32,000 bases of DNA from Polynucleobacter necessarius (GCF_900095195.1 NZ_LT606950.1:546164-578163); one strand, 5' to 3'. Positions 19,099-28,883 are shown, counted from the first letter of the stretch. Notes: generated by a model not told the origin, from the sequence alone. Translations and numbers: made by a program.

Positions 19099-19560
19099 TT
19101 ACTTGCTTGGAGACAGTTCAGTAGCGCTATCTTCCGAATCTGAGAGTGGGCCATTTTTAAGGAAAGCCAAAAAGCCACTATCTGCATATGCATCGGGTGG
19201 AACGTCATCTGTCAGAAGAGCAACGTCCACTTCAGCAGTATCCGTTAGACGAGAATCGTTTTGCCAATGAGCAATGCCGATGAGTCCAAAAACGAGCACC
19301 ATTAATGGCGCCACCCAACTGGCGGTATCCCAAATGCCATTTGAGGAAGAGGTGTAATTGCCAATAGATCCTGCAAAGACAGCCTTTTGCGCACGCACCT
19401 TCTCAGCCTTACGGACTGAGAGCGCTTTCATGCGAGCAGCATGAAGACGATCTTTAATGCCAATAGGCAGGGCTTGTGCGCCTTGGTTTAACAGGGCGGC
19501 ACTGGCTCGACCGAATTGGTCGGCTTGGGTCTGGCTTAGGGCTTCGTTAAGGTGTTTCAC
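19099..19560 (-). CDS. DUF3619-like single-pass membrane protein (possible anti-sigma partner)
   Basis: 153-aa ORF with one TM segment, 'WVAPLMVLVFGLIGIAHW'. Its GTG start overlaps the sigma-factor stop (GTGA at 19557-19560), which suggests translational coupling. Confidence 0.55.
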   Translation of the reverse strand: MKHLNEALSQTQADQFGRASAALLNQGAQALPIGIKDRLHAARMKALSVRKAEKVRAQKAVFAGSIGNYTSSSNGIWDTASWVAPLMVLVFGLIGIAHWQNDSRLTDTAEVDVALLTDDVPPDAYADSGFLAFLKNGPLSDSEDSATELSPSK

Positions 19561-20127
19561 AGGGTAATTCCTTTTAATTTCAATGCTTTATCTAAGGATT
19601 GGGTTGCTCTCGAACAATGCGTTTTGACACTACCTTCGCTGCAATTCATGGCTTTGGCAGTCTCCGTAATACTTAGCTCATCCTAATAACGCATCAGGAA
19701 GGCTTCTCGTTGACGTACAGGTAATTTAGCGATTTCTGACTCCAAAGCCTGTAAAAGCTGACTTTGCTCCAGTTTTTGGGCCCCATCTTGGTGAATTTCA
19801 CTATCGTCTGCAGCAGAAAGCGACTCTAGAGGGTCAAAATCCTCGTTTTCATCGGATTTCTTGCCCATGCTGGAAAAGAGGGTGACCCATGCATTGCGAA
19901 CCTTTTGGCGTCGAAACCAGTCATGAATTCGGTTTTGCAGGATTCTGGTGAAAAGCAAGTGGTAGTTCTGCAACAGGTTTATCACCGTATTTTTCAGCCA
20001 ACTTAATCATGGCATCTTGAACAATATCGAGCGCAGCATCGTCGTCACGCACGGCATAGACTGCCTGTTTGAAGGCGCGCTGCTCGACGCTACTCAAAAA
20101 GTCAGATAGTTCTTGGGCTGATGCCAT
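19557..20127 (-). pseudogene. ECF (sigma-70 family) RNA polymerase sigma factor, frameshifted with a nonsense codon
   Basis: Region 2 is in ORF 19921..20127 ('EQRAFKQAVYAVRDDDAALDIVQDAMIKLAEKY') and continues in another frame in ORF 19683..19985 ('LLFTRILQNRIHDWFRRQKVR'). The shift is near 19955-19965. The region 4 HTH is interrupted by TGG->TAG at 19683-19685 ('REAFLMRY*DELSITETAKAMNCSEGSVKTHCSRA'). Confidence 0.8.
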
Positions 20128-20318
20128 GCAATCGATTACACCTGAATCGGTAAGAATTGGGTCATTTTAGGGGGTTGCTATAAAATATAAAGTTTACTAC
20201 CTAGATTCTCATTTACGAAGTGGTTTTTCCGGTAGCAGCGCCGTTCGAACTCAGGCCATAAGCGGGGATAGAACAGACCAAACAATTTTTTGCCGAAAAT
20301 TGCAAAGGACGAAAGAAA

Positions 20319-22103
20319 ATGAATACAAGCAGCGCTGAATTTTTAGCGACTAAAGCTAATAAAGATTCCAATACAACTCCCGTAGCAACGCCTCCAGAAA
20401 TGATTGGTGCTGAAATGCTCGTGCATGCATTGCACAAAGAGGGCGTGGAATACGTTTGGGGATACCCAGGCGGTTCTGTGCTTTTTATCTACGACGAGAT
20501 TTTTAAACAAAATAAATTCGAACACATCTTGGTTCGCCATGAGCAGGCTGCTGTACATGCTGCTGATGGCTACGCCAGAGCAACCGGTAAAGTTGGTGTG
20601 GCACTCGTGACCTCGGGTCCCGGTGTGACCAATGCAGTCACGGGTATTGCTACTGCATACACTGATTCGATCCCCATGGTGATCATTAGCGGTAACGTAC
20701 CGACTTATGCGATTGGTGAAGATGCGTTCCAAGAAGCCGATACTGTTGGTATTACTCGCCCAGTGGTGAAACACAACTTCCTAGTGAGGGATGTGAAAGA
20801 TTTGCCATTGGTGATAAAAAAAGCATTCTACATTGCGCAGACAGGTCGTCCAGGTCCAGTCTTGATTGATATTCCGAAGGATGTCTCCGCTGCGAAGGGG
20901 CCTTTTGTCTATCCCGAGACGCTGGAGATGCGTTCCTACAACCCAGTTATTAAGGGCCATAGCGGTCAGATACGCAAGGCGATTGCGTTATTGCAAGAAG
21001 CCGAACGTCCTTATATCTATACCGGTGGTGGCATTATTTTGGCTGACGCGGCACCAGAGCTGAAGGAGTTTGCCGATCTCTTGGGTTACCCAGTGGCCAA
21101 TACCTTGATGGGTCTTGGAGGTTTCCCTGGAACTAGCCCACAGTTTCTGGGTATGTTGGGTATGCATGGAACCTATGAAACGAATATGGCGATGCAACAC
21201 AGCGATGTGTTGATTGCAATCGGTGCTCGTTTTGAGGATCGTGTGATTGGTAACACTGCGCATTTTGCAAGTCATCCACGTAAGATCATTCATATTGATA
21301 TTGATCCATCCGTGATTTCCAAGCGGGTGAAAGTAGATGTTCCAATTGTTGGCAATCTCAAAGAAGTATTGATTGAAATGACGGCTCAGCTCAAGGTAGC
21401 TGGTCCACGTAAAAATGGCGACAAGGTTGCTGCTTGGTGGGATCAGATTAATGAATGGCGCAAAAAAGATTGCCTGAAGTATGACGAGGCATCGCAAATA
21501 GTGAAGCCGCAATATGTAGTCCAAAAGTTATGGGAACTTACTGGCGGTGACGCATTTGTTTGCTCCGACGTTGGTCAGCATCAAATGTGGGCTGCGCAGT
21601 TCTATAAGTTTGATAAGCCACGTCGTTGGATTAACTCGGGCGGTCTAGGTACCATGGGCGTGGGTCTGCCGTACGCTATGGGAATCAAGAAAGCATTTCC
21701 GGAGAAGGATGTATTCACCATTACCGGTGAGGGCTCTATTCAGATGTGCATTCAGGAGTTGTCCACCTGCAAACAGTACGACACTCCGGTGAAGATCTTG
21801 TCATTGAATAACCGCTACCTCGGTATGGTTCGTCAGTGGCAAGAGCTTACCTATAACAAACGGTATTCCAGCTCCTATATGGATTCATTGCCAGACTTTG
21901 TAAAGTTGGCCGAAGCCTATGGACACGTTGGTATGCGCATCGAGAAAAAATCGGATGTTGAAGGCGCACTCAAAGAAGCAATTCGTTTAAAAGATCGTAC
22001 GGTGTTCATGGATTTCCAAATTGACCCAGAAGAGAATGTCTGGCCAATGGTTCATGATGGCAAGGGTATTACTGAAATGCTGTTGGGTAGTGAGGATCTG
22101 TAA
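20319..22103 (+). CDS. ilvI: acetolactate synthase (acetohydroxyacid synthase) large subunit
   Basis: 594-aa ORF with TPP-enzyme motifs ('GYPGGSVLFIYDE', 'HEQAAVHAADGYARATGKVGV', 'GGLGTMGVGLPYAMG', 'GEGSIQMCIQEL'). It is followed directly by the small subunit. Confidence 0.92.
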   Translation: MNTSSAEFLATKANKDSNTTPVATPPEMIGAEMLVHALHKEGVEYVWGYPGGSVLFIYDEIFKQNKFEHILVRHEQAAVHAADGYARATGKVGVALVTSGPGVTNAVTGIATAYTDSIPMVIISGNVPTYAIGEDAFQEADTVGITRPVVKHNFLVRDVKDLPLVIKKAFYIAQTGRPGPVLIDIPKDVSAAKGPFVYPETLEMRSYNPVIKGHSGQIRKAIALLQEAERPYIYTGGGIILADAAPELKEFADLLGYPVANTLMGLGGFPGTSPQFLGMLGMHGTYETNMAMQHSDVLIAIGARFEDRVIGNTAHFASHPRKIIHIDIDPSVISKRVKVDVPIVGNLKEVLIEMTAQLKVAGPRKNGDKVAAWWDQINEWRKKDCLKYDEASQIVKPQYVVQKLWELTGGDAFVCSDVGQHQMWAAQFYKFDKPRRWINSGGLGTMGVGLPYAMGIKKAFPEKDVFTITGEGSIQMCIQELSTCKQYDTPVKILSLNNRYLGMVRQWQELTYNKRYSSSYMDSLPDFVKLAEAYGHVGMRIEKKSDVEGALKEAIRLKDRTVFMDFQIDPEENVWPMVHDGKGITEMLLGSEDL

Positions 22104-22594
22104 TGCGACACATTATTTCTGTATTGATTGAGAACGAGCCGGGGGCTTTGTCACGCGTTGTAGGATTGTTTTCTGCCCGCGGTTACAACATTGATACGCT
22201 CAGCGTTGCGCCAACCGAAGATCCATCGCTTTCCCGCATGACCATCGTCACTTTTGGTTCGGATAATGTCATCGAACAAATCACCAAACACTTAAACCGT
22301 TTGGTTGAAGTCGTAAAAGTATTTGATTTGAGCGAAGGTCCTCATATCGAGCGCGAGTTGATGATGATTAAGGTTCGTGCGGTGGGTAAGCAGCGCGAAG
22401 AACTGAAGCGCACAACGGATATCTTCCGTGGTCGCATCATTGATGTCACTGATAAGAGCTACACCATTGAATTGACTGGCGATGGCGCCAAGTTAGACGC
22501 TTTTATTGATTCAATTGATCGTGCCTCCATTTTGGAAACCGTTCGTTCGGGCGGTTCTGGTATTGGGCGCGGCGAGCGCATCTTGAGGGTGTAA
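22103..22594 (+). CDS. ilvH: acetolactate synthase small (regulatory) subunit
   Basis: 163-aa ORF with an ACT domain ('HIISVLIENEPGALSRVVGLFSARGYNIDTLSV'). Its start overlaps the ilvI stop (TAATG). Confidence 0.92.
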   Translation: MRHIISVLIENEPGALSRVVGLFSARGYNIDTLSVAPTEDPSLSRMTIVTFGSDNVIEQITKHLNRLVEVVKVFDLSEGPHIERELMMIKVRAVGKQREELKRTTDIFRGRIIDVTDKSYTIELTGDGAKLDAFIDSIDRASILETVRSGGSGIGRGERILRV

Positions 22595-22605
22595 TTTTTT
22601 ACTGA

Positions 22606-23664
<1,059 letters not shown>

Positions 23665-23705
23665 TTAATCCATTGCTGGATGTTTAAAAAGGACTCAGAA
23701 TAACG

Positions 23706-24353
23706 ATGATGTATCCACACCCCATTATTGCGAAAGAAGGTTGGCCCTATTTGGCGCTAGTGGGGGTAGTGGCCTTGCTAGTTCACCACTTTGGTGGAAT
23801 AGCATGGTCTTGGCCAGTGTGGATTATTTTTGTCTTTGTTCTGCAGTTCTTTCGCGATCCCCAGCGCATTCCTGCATTAGGTCGCGATCTGGTTTTATCC
23901 CCTGCGGATGGCCGTATTGTGGTGGTTGAAACTGCCAATGATCCATACGCTGGGCGTGAAACGCTTAAAATTAGCGTGTTCATGAACGTTTTTAACGTTC
24001 ACTCCAATCGCAGTTCAGTTAATGGCCTAGTGAAAGAGATTCAATATTTTCCGGGCAAGTTTGTGAATGCCGACTTGGACAAAGCCTCTACTGAAAATGA
24101 GCGTAATGCGGTGGTGATTGATGCGAACGGTCAAACCATTACCTTGGTGCAAGTGGCAGGTTTGATAGCGCGCCGTATTCTTTGCTACATCCATGTGGGC
24201 GATCGCTTGAAAGCGGGCGAGCGCTATGGCTTTATTCGCTTTGGTTCTCGCGTCGATGTGTATTTGCCTTTGACCGCCGAACCTTTGGTTTCGGTAGGTG
24301 ATAAAGTATTTGCAACCAATACTGCCTTGGCCCGTGTGCCGGGTTTGGATTAA
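23706..24353 (+). CDS. psd: phosphatidylserine decarboxylase proenzyme (short, Asd-type)
   Basis: 215-aa ORF with N-terminal TM segments, 'FFRDPQR', and the self-cleavage region '[14 protein letters not shown]'. Confidence 0.85.
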   Translation: MMYPHPIIAKEGWPYLALVGVVALLVHHFGGIAWSWPVWIIFVFVLQFFRDPQRIPALGRDLVLSPADGRIVVVETANDPYAGRETLKISVFMNVFNVHSNRSSVNGLVKEIQYFPGKFVNADLDKASTENERNAVVIDANGQTITLVQVAGLIARRILCYIHVGDRLKAGERYGFIRFGSRVDVYLPLTAEPLVSVGDKVFATNTALARVPGLD

Positions 24354-24391
24354 GTTACTCCGTATAACCTTTACCATTTATTTGGAAAACC

Positions 24392-25255
24392 TTGACTACC
24401 TTTCGCCGTCGTGGACGCATTGACCGCAGTCGCCTGAGCCATCGTAAGACTGAGCCCTCTCAAGCAGAGTGGGTGGATGCATTGGGTGATGGGGTTGACT
24501 ACGAAGTTGAGGAGCTCGAGCCTCCCAAGCCACGATTGCGCAGTAAAGGCATTTATCTTTTGCCAAACGCATTTACTACGGCTGCATTGTTCAGCGGCTT
24601 TTTTGCCATTGTCAATGCGATGAACGGTCAATTTCAGGTAGCCGCAATTGCTATATTTGCCTCATTGGTATTGGATGGCATGGATGGTCGCGTTGCTCGA
24701 ATGACCAATACGCAAAGTGCATTTGGTGAGCAATACGATTCATTGGCTGACATGGTCTCATTTGGTGTCGCTCCCGCATTGGTTGCATATGAGTGGGCCC
24801 TAAAAGATTTAGGGAAGTGGGGCTGGTTGGCTGCCTTTACGTATTGCGCTGGAGCAGCTTTGCGTTTGGCTCGTTTCAATGTCAACATTGGCATAGTGGA
24901 CAAGAAATTTTTCCAGGGCTTGCCCAGTCCAGCGGCTGGATCACTCGTTGCTGGCTTCATATGGTTGGCTGACGATAACCAGATTCCGGTCCGAGATACG
25001 GCTATTCCGTGGGTGATGTTCTTGATTGCCGTCTATGCCGGCTTGACGATGGTTTCGAATGCCCGTTTCTACAGCGGTAAAGCCTTAGATGTGCGCTATC
25101 GGGTGCCTTTTGGCGTGATGGTTTTATTGATTCTGACTTTTGTATTGATTTCATCAAACCCGCCATTAACCTTATTTGGCTTGTTTGTGGTGTATTCGAT
25201 CTCCGGATATGTGATTTGGGTATGGGAGCGCCTCAATCGAAAGCGTTTTAGCTAA
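24392..25255 (+). CDS. pssA: CDP-diacylglycerol--serine O-phosphatidyltransferase
   Basis: 287-aa ORF with the CDP-alcohol phosphatidyltransferase motif 'DGMDGRVARMTNTQSAFGEQYDSLADMVSFG' and multiple TM segments. The TTG start is from the ORF track, so the exact start is uncertain. Confidence 0.85.
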   Translation: MTTFRRRGRIDRSRLSHRKTEPSQAEWVDALGDGVDYEVEELEPPKPRLRSKGIYLLPNAFTTAALFSGFFAIVNAMNGQFQVAAIAIFASLVLDGMDGRVARMTNTQSAFGEQYDSLADMVSFGVAPALVAYEWALKDLGKWGWLAAFTYCAGAALRLARFNVNIGIVDKKFFQGLPSPAAGSLVAGFIWLADDNQIPVRDTAIPWVMFLIAVYAGLTMVSNARFYSGKALDVRYRVPFGVMVLLILTFVLISSNPPLTLFGLFVVYSISGYVIWVWERLNRKRFS

Positions 25256-25284
25256 ATCCCCATTTTTTGGGTTATATTATTTCC

Positions 25285-25362
25285 ATGTTGATGAATTTCT
25301 CACTTTTAACCGGTCTTCTTCTGCTAGCACTAAGCCTTAAGCTTGGGGCGGGTAAGGTCTGA
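25285..25362 (+). CDS. candidate leucine-rich leader peptide (leuL-like) upstream of leuA
   Basis: Hand-translated 25-codon ORF 'MLMNFSLLTGLLLLALSLKLGAGKV*'. Ten of 25 residues are Leu, including four consecutive Leu codons (CTT CTT CTG CTA, 25315-25326). The 'TGLLLL' core resembles the enterobacterial leu leader. No strong SD is seen. Confidence 0.5.
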   Translation: MLMNFSLLTGLLLLALSLKLGAGKV

Positions 25363-25402
25363 GTTGATGAGATTGATTTAATTCATTAACCACCAATACC
25401 AG

Positions 25403-25433
25403 CCCCAGCAAATTGCTGGGGTTTTTGTTTTTT
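25403..25433 (+). terminator. intrinsic terminator / candidate leuA attenuator
   Basis: An 8-bp GC-rich stem, ccccagca (25403-25410) / tgctgggg (25414-25421), is followed by tttttgtttttt (25422-25433). It lies 40 nt after the leader-peptide stop and 54 nt before the leuA ATG. Confidence 0.7.
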
Positions 25434-25486
25434 AGTACAGCGTTTCAGAATTTCATTAAATCCGTAATCCAAACTGGAGAGTAGTA

Positions 25487-27034
25487 ATGAGCGACAAAGT
25501 AATCATTTTTGATACCACCTTGCGTGATGGCGAGCAGTCCCCTGGTGCATCGATGACTAAGGACGAGAAGGTTCGTATTGCCCGTCAGCTCGAGCGTCTC
25601 AAAGTGGATGTGATTGAAGCGGGTTTTGCTGCCAGCTCTGAAGGAGATTTTCAGGCAATTTCTGCGGTGGCTGCGGCCATCAAAGACTCCACGGTTTGTT
25701 CTTTGGTGCGTGCAAACGACAAAGATATTACCCGAGCTGCTGATGCCTTAAAAGCAGCTAATGCAAAACGCATTCATGCCTTCTTAGCAACCAGTCCGTT
25801 GCACATGGCCGTGAAATTACGCATGTCACCTGAGGAAGTATTGGAGCAAGCTAAGCGATCGATTCGTTTTGCCCGAAATTTGGCTTCGGATATTGAGTTC
25901 TCGGCAGAGGATGGCTACCGCTCTGAGATGGATTTCTTGTGTAGGGTGGTAGAGGCGGTGATTAATGAAGGCGCTTCAACCATCAATATTCCCGATACGG
26001 TTGGTTATGCCACTCCAGAGTTGTATGGCGAGTTTATCAAGACCTTGCGGACGCGTGTGCCCAATTCCGATAAGGCCATTTGGTCCGTGCATTGCCATAA
26101 CGATTTAGGAATGGCGGTGGCCAACTCTTTGGCTGGGGTGAAGATTGGCGGGGCCCGTCAAATTGAGTGCACCATTAATGGCTTGGGTGAGCGCGCTGGC
26201 AATACCGCGTTAGAAGAAATTGTTATGTCCTTGCGTACTCGCAAAGATTACTTTGATATGGTTTGCGGCATTGATGCGAGCCAAATTGTTCCTGCATCAA
26301 AATTGGTTTCGCAAATTACCGGCTTTGTGGTGCAGCCTAATAAGGCGGTTGTCGGTGCAAATGCATTTGCACATGCTTCCGGCATTCATCAAGACGGTAT
26401 TTTGAAAAATCGTGAAACCTATGAAATCATGCGCGCAGAAGATGTGGGTTGGACTACCAACAAAATTGTGTTGGGCAAACTTTCTGGACACAATGCCTTC
26501 AAACAGCGCTTACAAGAGTTGGGTATCACTGTTGAAGCGGAAGCAGATTTGAACGAGGCCTTTACTCGGTTTAAGGCTCTGGCGGATCAAAAAGCGGAGA
26601 TTTTTGACGAGGACATCATTGCCATCATGTCTGATTCTGCGGCTGCAGAGGAGGGCGAACATTACCATTTCATATCGTTGAGCCAGCATTCGGAGACCGG
26701 TGAGCGCCCAAAATCTCGGGTGACCTTTCGCATGGGTAGCCAAGAGGTGAGCTCAGAGGCTGAGGGTAATGGCCCAGTAGATGCAAGCTTAAATGCCGTC
26801 GAAGAGATTGCGAAGAGTGGTGCCGAGCAATTACTGTATTCGGTAAATGCAATAACCTCCGGTACGCAATCTCAGGGTGAAGTGACAGTGCGCTTATCTA
26901 AGGGTGGTCGCATTGTGAATGGGGTAGGCACGGATCCGGACATCATTGCCGCATCAGCAAAAGCTTACTTGTCTGCTTTGAATAAATTGCATGACCCAAG
27001 CCAGGCAAAACTGAATGCCCAAATGACGCCTTAA
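25487..27034 (+). CDS. leuA: 2-isopropylmalate synthase
   Basis: 515-aa ORF with '[17 protein letters not shown]', '[16 protein letters not shown]', '[18 protein letters not shown]', 'HASGIHQDG' and a C-terminal LeuA allosteric domain. Confidence 0.95.
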   Translation: MSDKVIIFDTTLRDGEQSPGASMTKDEKVRIARQLERLKVDVIEAGFAASSEGDFQAISAVAAAIKDSTVCSLVRANDKDITRAADALKAANAKRIHAFLATSPLHMAVKLRMSPEEVLEQAKRSIRFARNLASDIEFSAEDGYRSEMDFLCRVVEAVINEGASTINIPDTVGYATPELYGEFIKTLRTRVPNSDKAIWSVHCHNDLGMAVANSLAGVKIGGARQIECTINGLGERAGNTALEEIVMSLRTRKDYFDMVCGIDASQIVPASKLVSQITGFVVQPNKAVVGANAFAHASGIHQDGILKNRETYEIMRAEDVGWTTNKIVLGKLSGHNAFKQRLQELGITVEAEADLNEAFTRFKALADQKAEIFDEDIIAIMSDSAAAEEGEHYHFISLSQHSETGERPKSRVTFRMGSQEVSSEAEGNGPVDASLNAVEEIAKSGAEQLLYSVNAITSGTQSQGEVTVRLSKGGRIVNGVGTDPDIIAASAKAYLSALNKLHDPSQAKLNAQMTP

Positions 27035-27038
27035 GGAT

Positions 27039-27470
27039 GTGTTAATGACTCTCGATGCCACAAACAGCCAGGTCCAAGACCACAATAGAACCATTTACTT
27101 TGGTCTTGATATTCCGTTTTTGCACCACTTAGGTGTTGTTCCTGAATTTGCTGAAAGCGGTAAGGTTAGGATCGGCTACACCGTAAAGCCAGAGCACACC
27201 AATAGCTTTCATGTGGCTCAAGGGGGCGTCATTATGACCTTGCTTGATTTTGCGATGGGTGCAGCCGCTCGTACAGCTTCAAACCATCAACTCGGAGCCA
27301 TTACGATTGATATGAGCACGAGCTTCCTGCGCCCGAGTGAAGGAAAAATTGTGGTGGAAGGCACTTTGCTAAAAGCTGGTAAATCCATTCATTATTGCGA
27401 GGCTGTGGCATTGAATGGGGCGGGAGAAATTACTGCTAAAGCCAGCGGAACCTTTGTATTAAGAAAATAG
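27039..27470 (+). CDS. PaaI-family hotdog-fold thioesterase
   Basis: 143-aa ORF with 'NSFHVAQGGVIMTLLDFAMGAA' and 'ITIDMSTSFLRP', typical of PaaI/YbgC-like thioesterases. The start may be the ATG at 27045. Confidence 0.7.
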   Translation: MLMTLDATNSQVQDHNRTIYFGLDIPFLHHLGVVPEFAESGKVRIGYTVKPEHTNSFHVAQGGVIMTLLDFAMGAAARTASNHQLGAITIDMSTSFLRPSEGKIVVEGTLLKAGKSIHYCEAVALNGAGEITAKASGTFVLRK

Positions 27471-27622
27471 CGTTTTCTTATTAAATCATCATATTTAATA
27501 ATGATATTTATAATGAATATGTATATTTAATAACTATTAATGCCATAAACCGTAGATAAATAAAGGTTAATAACATTATTTAATGCTATTTCCGATAACT
27601 TAATATATAGAGAAATCAATAG
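27471..27622. promoter_or_regulatory. strongly AT-rich intergenic region upstream of the H-NS-like gene (probable promoter / curved DNA)
   Basis: About 150 nt dominated by A/T with many TAAT/ATTA/TATTTAAT motifs. This contrasts sharply with the flanking coding DNA. No specific -35/-10 is assigned. Confidence 0.4.
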
Positions 27623-27906
27623 ATGTCTTCTTATAAAGAGCTCTTGGCTCAGCGCGAGCAATTAGATAAGCAAATCAAAGAAGCAATTGCCCGTGAAAAG
27701 GCTGATGGTATTGCAAAAGCAAAAGCCATTATTGAGTAGTACGGTCTAGTAGCATCCGATTTATTTAGTCGTAAGGCTGGTGCGAATAGTGTAAGTGGCA
27801 AGGTAGCCCCCGAATACCGTAATCCATACACTGCGAGACTTGGACTGGTCGCGGTAAAGCGCCAAAATGGATCGAAGGAAGAGATCGCAGTAATTTCCCG
27901 ATCTAA
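27623..27906 (+). pseudogene. H-NS-like nucleoid-associated protein, nonsense plus frameshift
   Basis: Not in the ORF track as a single ORF. Hand translation from the ATG at 27623 gives the coiled-coil N-terminus 'MSSYKELLAQREQLDKQIKEAIAREKADGIAKAKAIIE', then TAG at 27737-27739, then 'YGLVASDLFSRKAG..KVAPEYRNPYT'. After a 1-nt loss near 27833 comes the H-NS DNA-binding motif 'ETWTGRGKAPKWIEGRDRSNFPI*', with the stop at 27904-27906. Confidence 0.75.
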
Positions 27907-27930
27907 TTTGACATTAAGTGGGTAATTAAC

Positions 27931-27962
27931 AAAATAGGCCGCTATGCGGCCTATTTTTTTTC
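27931..27962. terminator. bidirectional intrinsic terminator
   Basis: Stem aaaataggccgc (27931-27942) / gcggcctatttt (27946-27957) with loop tat. An A-run lies 5' and a T-run 3' (through ~27961). It can terminate the hns remnant (+) and the convergent regulator gene (-). Confidence 0.7.
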
Positions 27963-28007
27963 TTCGAATACCTGGTTTTACAACCCATTAAGTCATATAG
28001 ATGCTTC

Positions 28008-28035
28008 TAGGGGCACTTTCGGGAAAGTGCCCCTA
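28008..28035. other. 12-bp perfect stem-loop between convergent genes
   Basis: taggggcacttt (28008-28019) / aaagtgccccta (28024-28035) with loop cggg. It lies 20 nt beyond the stop of the minus-strand regulator. There is no properly placed U-tract on either strand, so terminator function is uncertain. Confidence 0.45.
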
Positions 28036-28055
28036 AAAATAGTGGCTCCAAGAGG

Positions 28056-28706
28056 TCATGACGGCTGGAATGGGGTGATGATGTGGTCCTGATCTGGACT
28101 AGTTGCGGGATAGCCAATAGTCAGCGGATTGAGATCAATTAAGCCATTTTCTAGCTCTTCCTTAATGCTATCGGTGAGATGGGGTCGGCTGCTGTGGTTC
28201 TCGTCTGCTAGGGCAACAACGCCAGGGTGAAGCTTGATAAAACCTTCATCCACCAGAATAGGTATACGCTGTGTGTCCTTGTTTTTACTCAGATAATGGA
28301 TTAGATGTACTTGCTCTACCGGGGGAATGAGTGCGTCCAAAAAGATGACGTCTGGCGTAATCGAGACCGCCTTCATCAGCCCCTCTAGGCTATCTACAGC
28401 CACTTCCATTTCTACCTCCAAATGCCAGTCAACAATCGATTTTAGGGGTTCTTCGCTATTTTCGGATCTTCGAAAGATGCCGATCGCAACGCAGTTTTGG
28501 GTGGTTTTCTGGCGCATCGCCCGTTTTCGTTTTTGTAGCTGTTGTTCAAGCGAGCTGGCCAATATTCGTCGATGACCCCCACGGGTTTTCCAGGCGATTA
28601 ATTTACCTAATTCAACCATTTTCTGAACGGCTCCCAGAGAAACCTGCAAAACTTTGGCGCTTTGTCTGGTGCTGAGATATTCCATTTCTGGCGTAATTGC
28701 TTTCAT
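28056..28706 (-). CDS. excisionase/MerR-type HTH DNA-binding protein with a C-terminal degenerate receiver-like domain
   Basis: 216-aa intact ORF. The N-terminus 'YLSTRQSAKVLQVSLGAVQKMVELGKLIAWKTRGGHRRI' resembles HTH_17/excisionase-type domains. The C-terminal part has an alternating beta/alpha pattern ('VAIGIF', 'PDVIFLDALIP', 'IPILVDEG') like CheY-type receivers, but lacks the N-terminal acidic pair. The domain call is made by eye. Confidence 0.55.
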   Translation of the reverse strand: MKAITPEMEYLSTRQSAKVLQVSLGAVQKMVELGKLIAWKTRGGHRRILASSLEQQLQKRKRAMRQKTTQNCVAIGIFRRSENSEEPLKSIVDWHLEVEMEVAVDSLEGLMKAVSITPDVIFLDALIPPVEQVHLIHYLSKNKDTQRIPILVDEGFIKLHPGVVALADENHSSRPHLTDSIKEELENGLIDLNPLTIGYPATSPDQDHIITPFQPS

Positions 28707-28869
28707 ATTCCCCTTAATTTCATTAATTCACTTGAAGATTTAGAGAATAAAAACCAAATGGCATTCAATCTGTCCGCCAATATTGAAAGCGCGGTAGGAA
28801 AGTTCTTATTCATATTGTTGGGCTAGGGAAATACCCCGAAAACCCCATAAATCAGGGAAAGCCCTTTAT

Positions 28870-28883
28870 GTGACCGTGGTCAC
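28870..28883. promoter_or_regulatory. 14-bp palindrome gtgacc-gt-ggtcac in the sucA/regulator divergent intergenic region (candidate operator)
   Basis: Perfect 6-2-6 inverted repeat read directly, about 125 nt upstream of the sucA start. No factor is assigned. Confidence 0.25.

Noticed and set aside
19089-19208. The upstream 40-codon extension of the DUF3106-like ORF, which overlaps the DUF3619 gene.
   Set aside because: A typical signal peptide begins at the internal ATG 19086-19088. The extension overlaps the 3' end of the preceding gene and has no protein-like features.
20128-20318. A leader peptide or attenuator upstream of ilvI, analogous to the leuA one. This includes a 7-bp AT-rich inverted repeat at 20283-20302.
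   Set aside because: There is no Ile/Val/Leu-rich small ORF and no GC-rich hairpin with a T-run. The inverted repeat is short and AT-rich and could arise by chance.
27649-27831. The 60-aa minus-strand ORF in the AT-rich/hns region.
   Set aside because: It is antisense to clearly recognisable H-NS coding sequence on the plus strand, so it is a shadow ORF.
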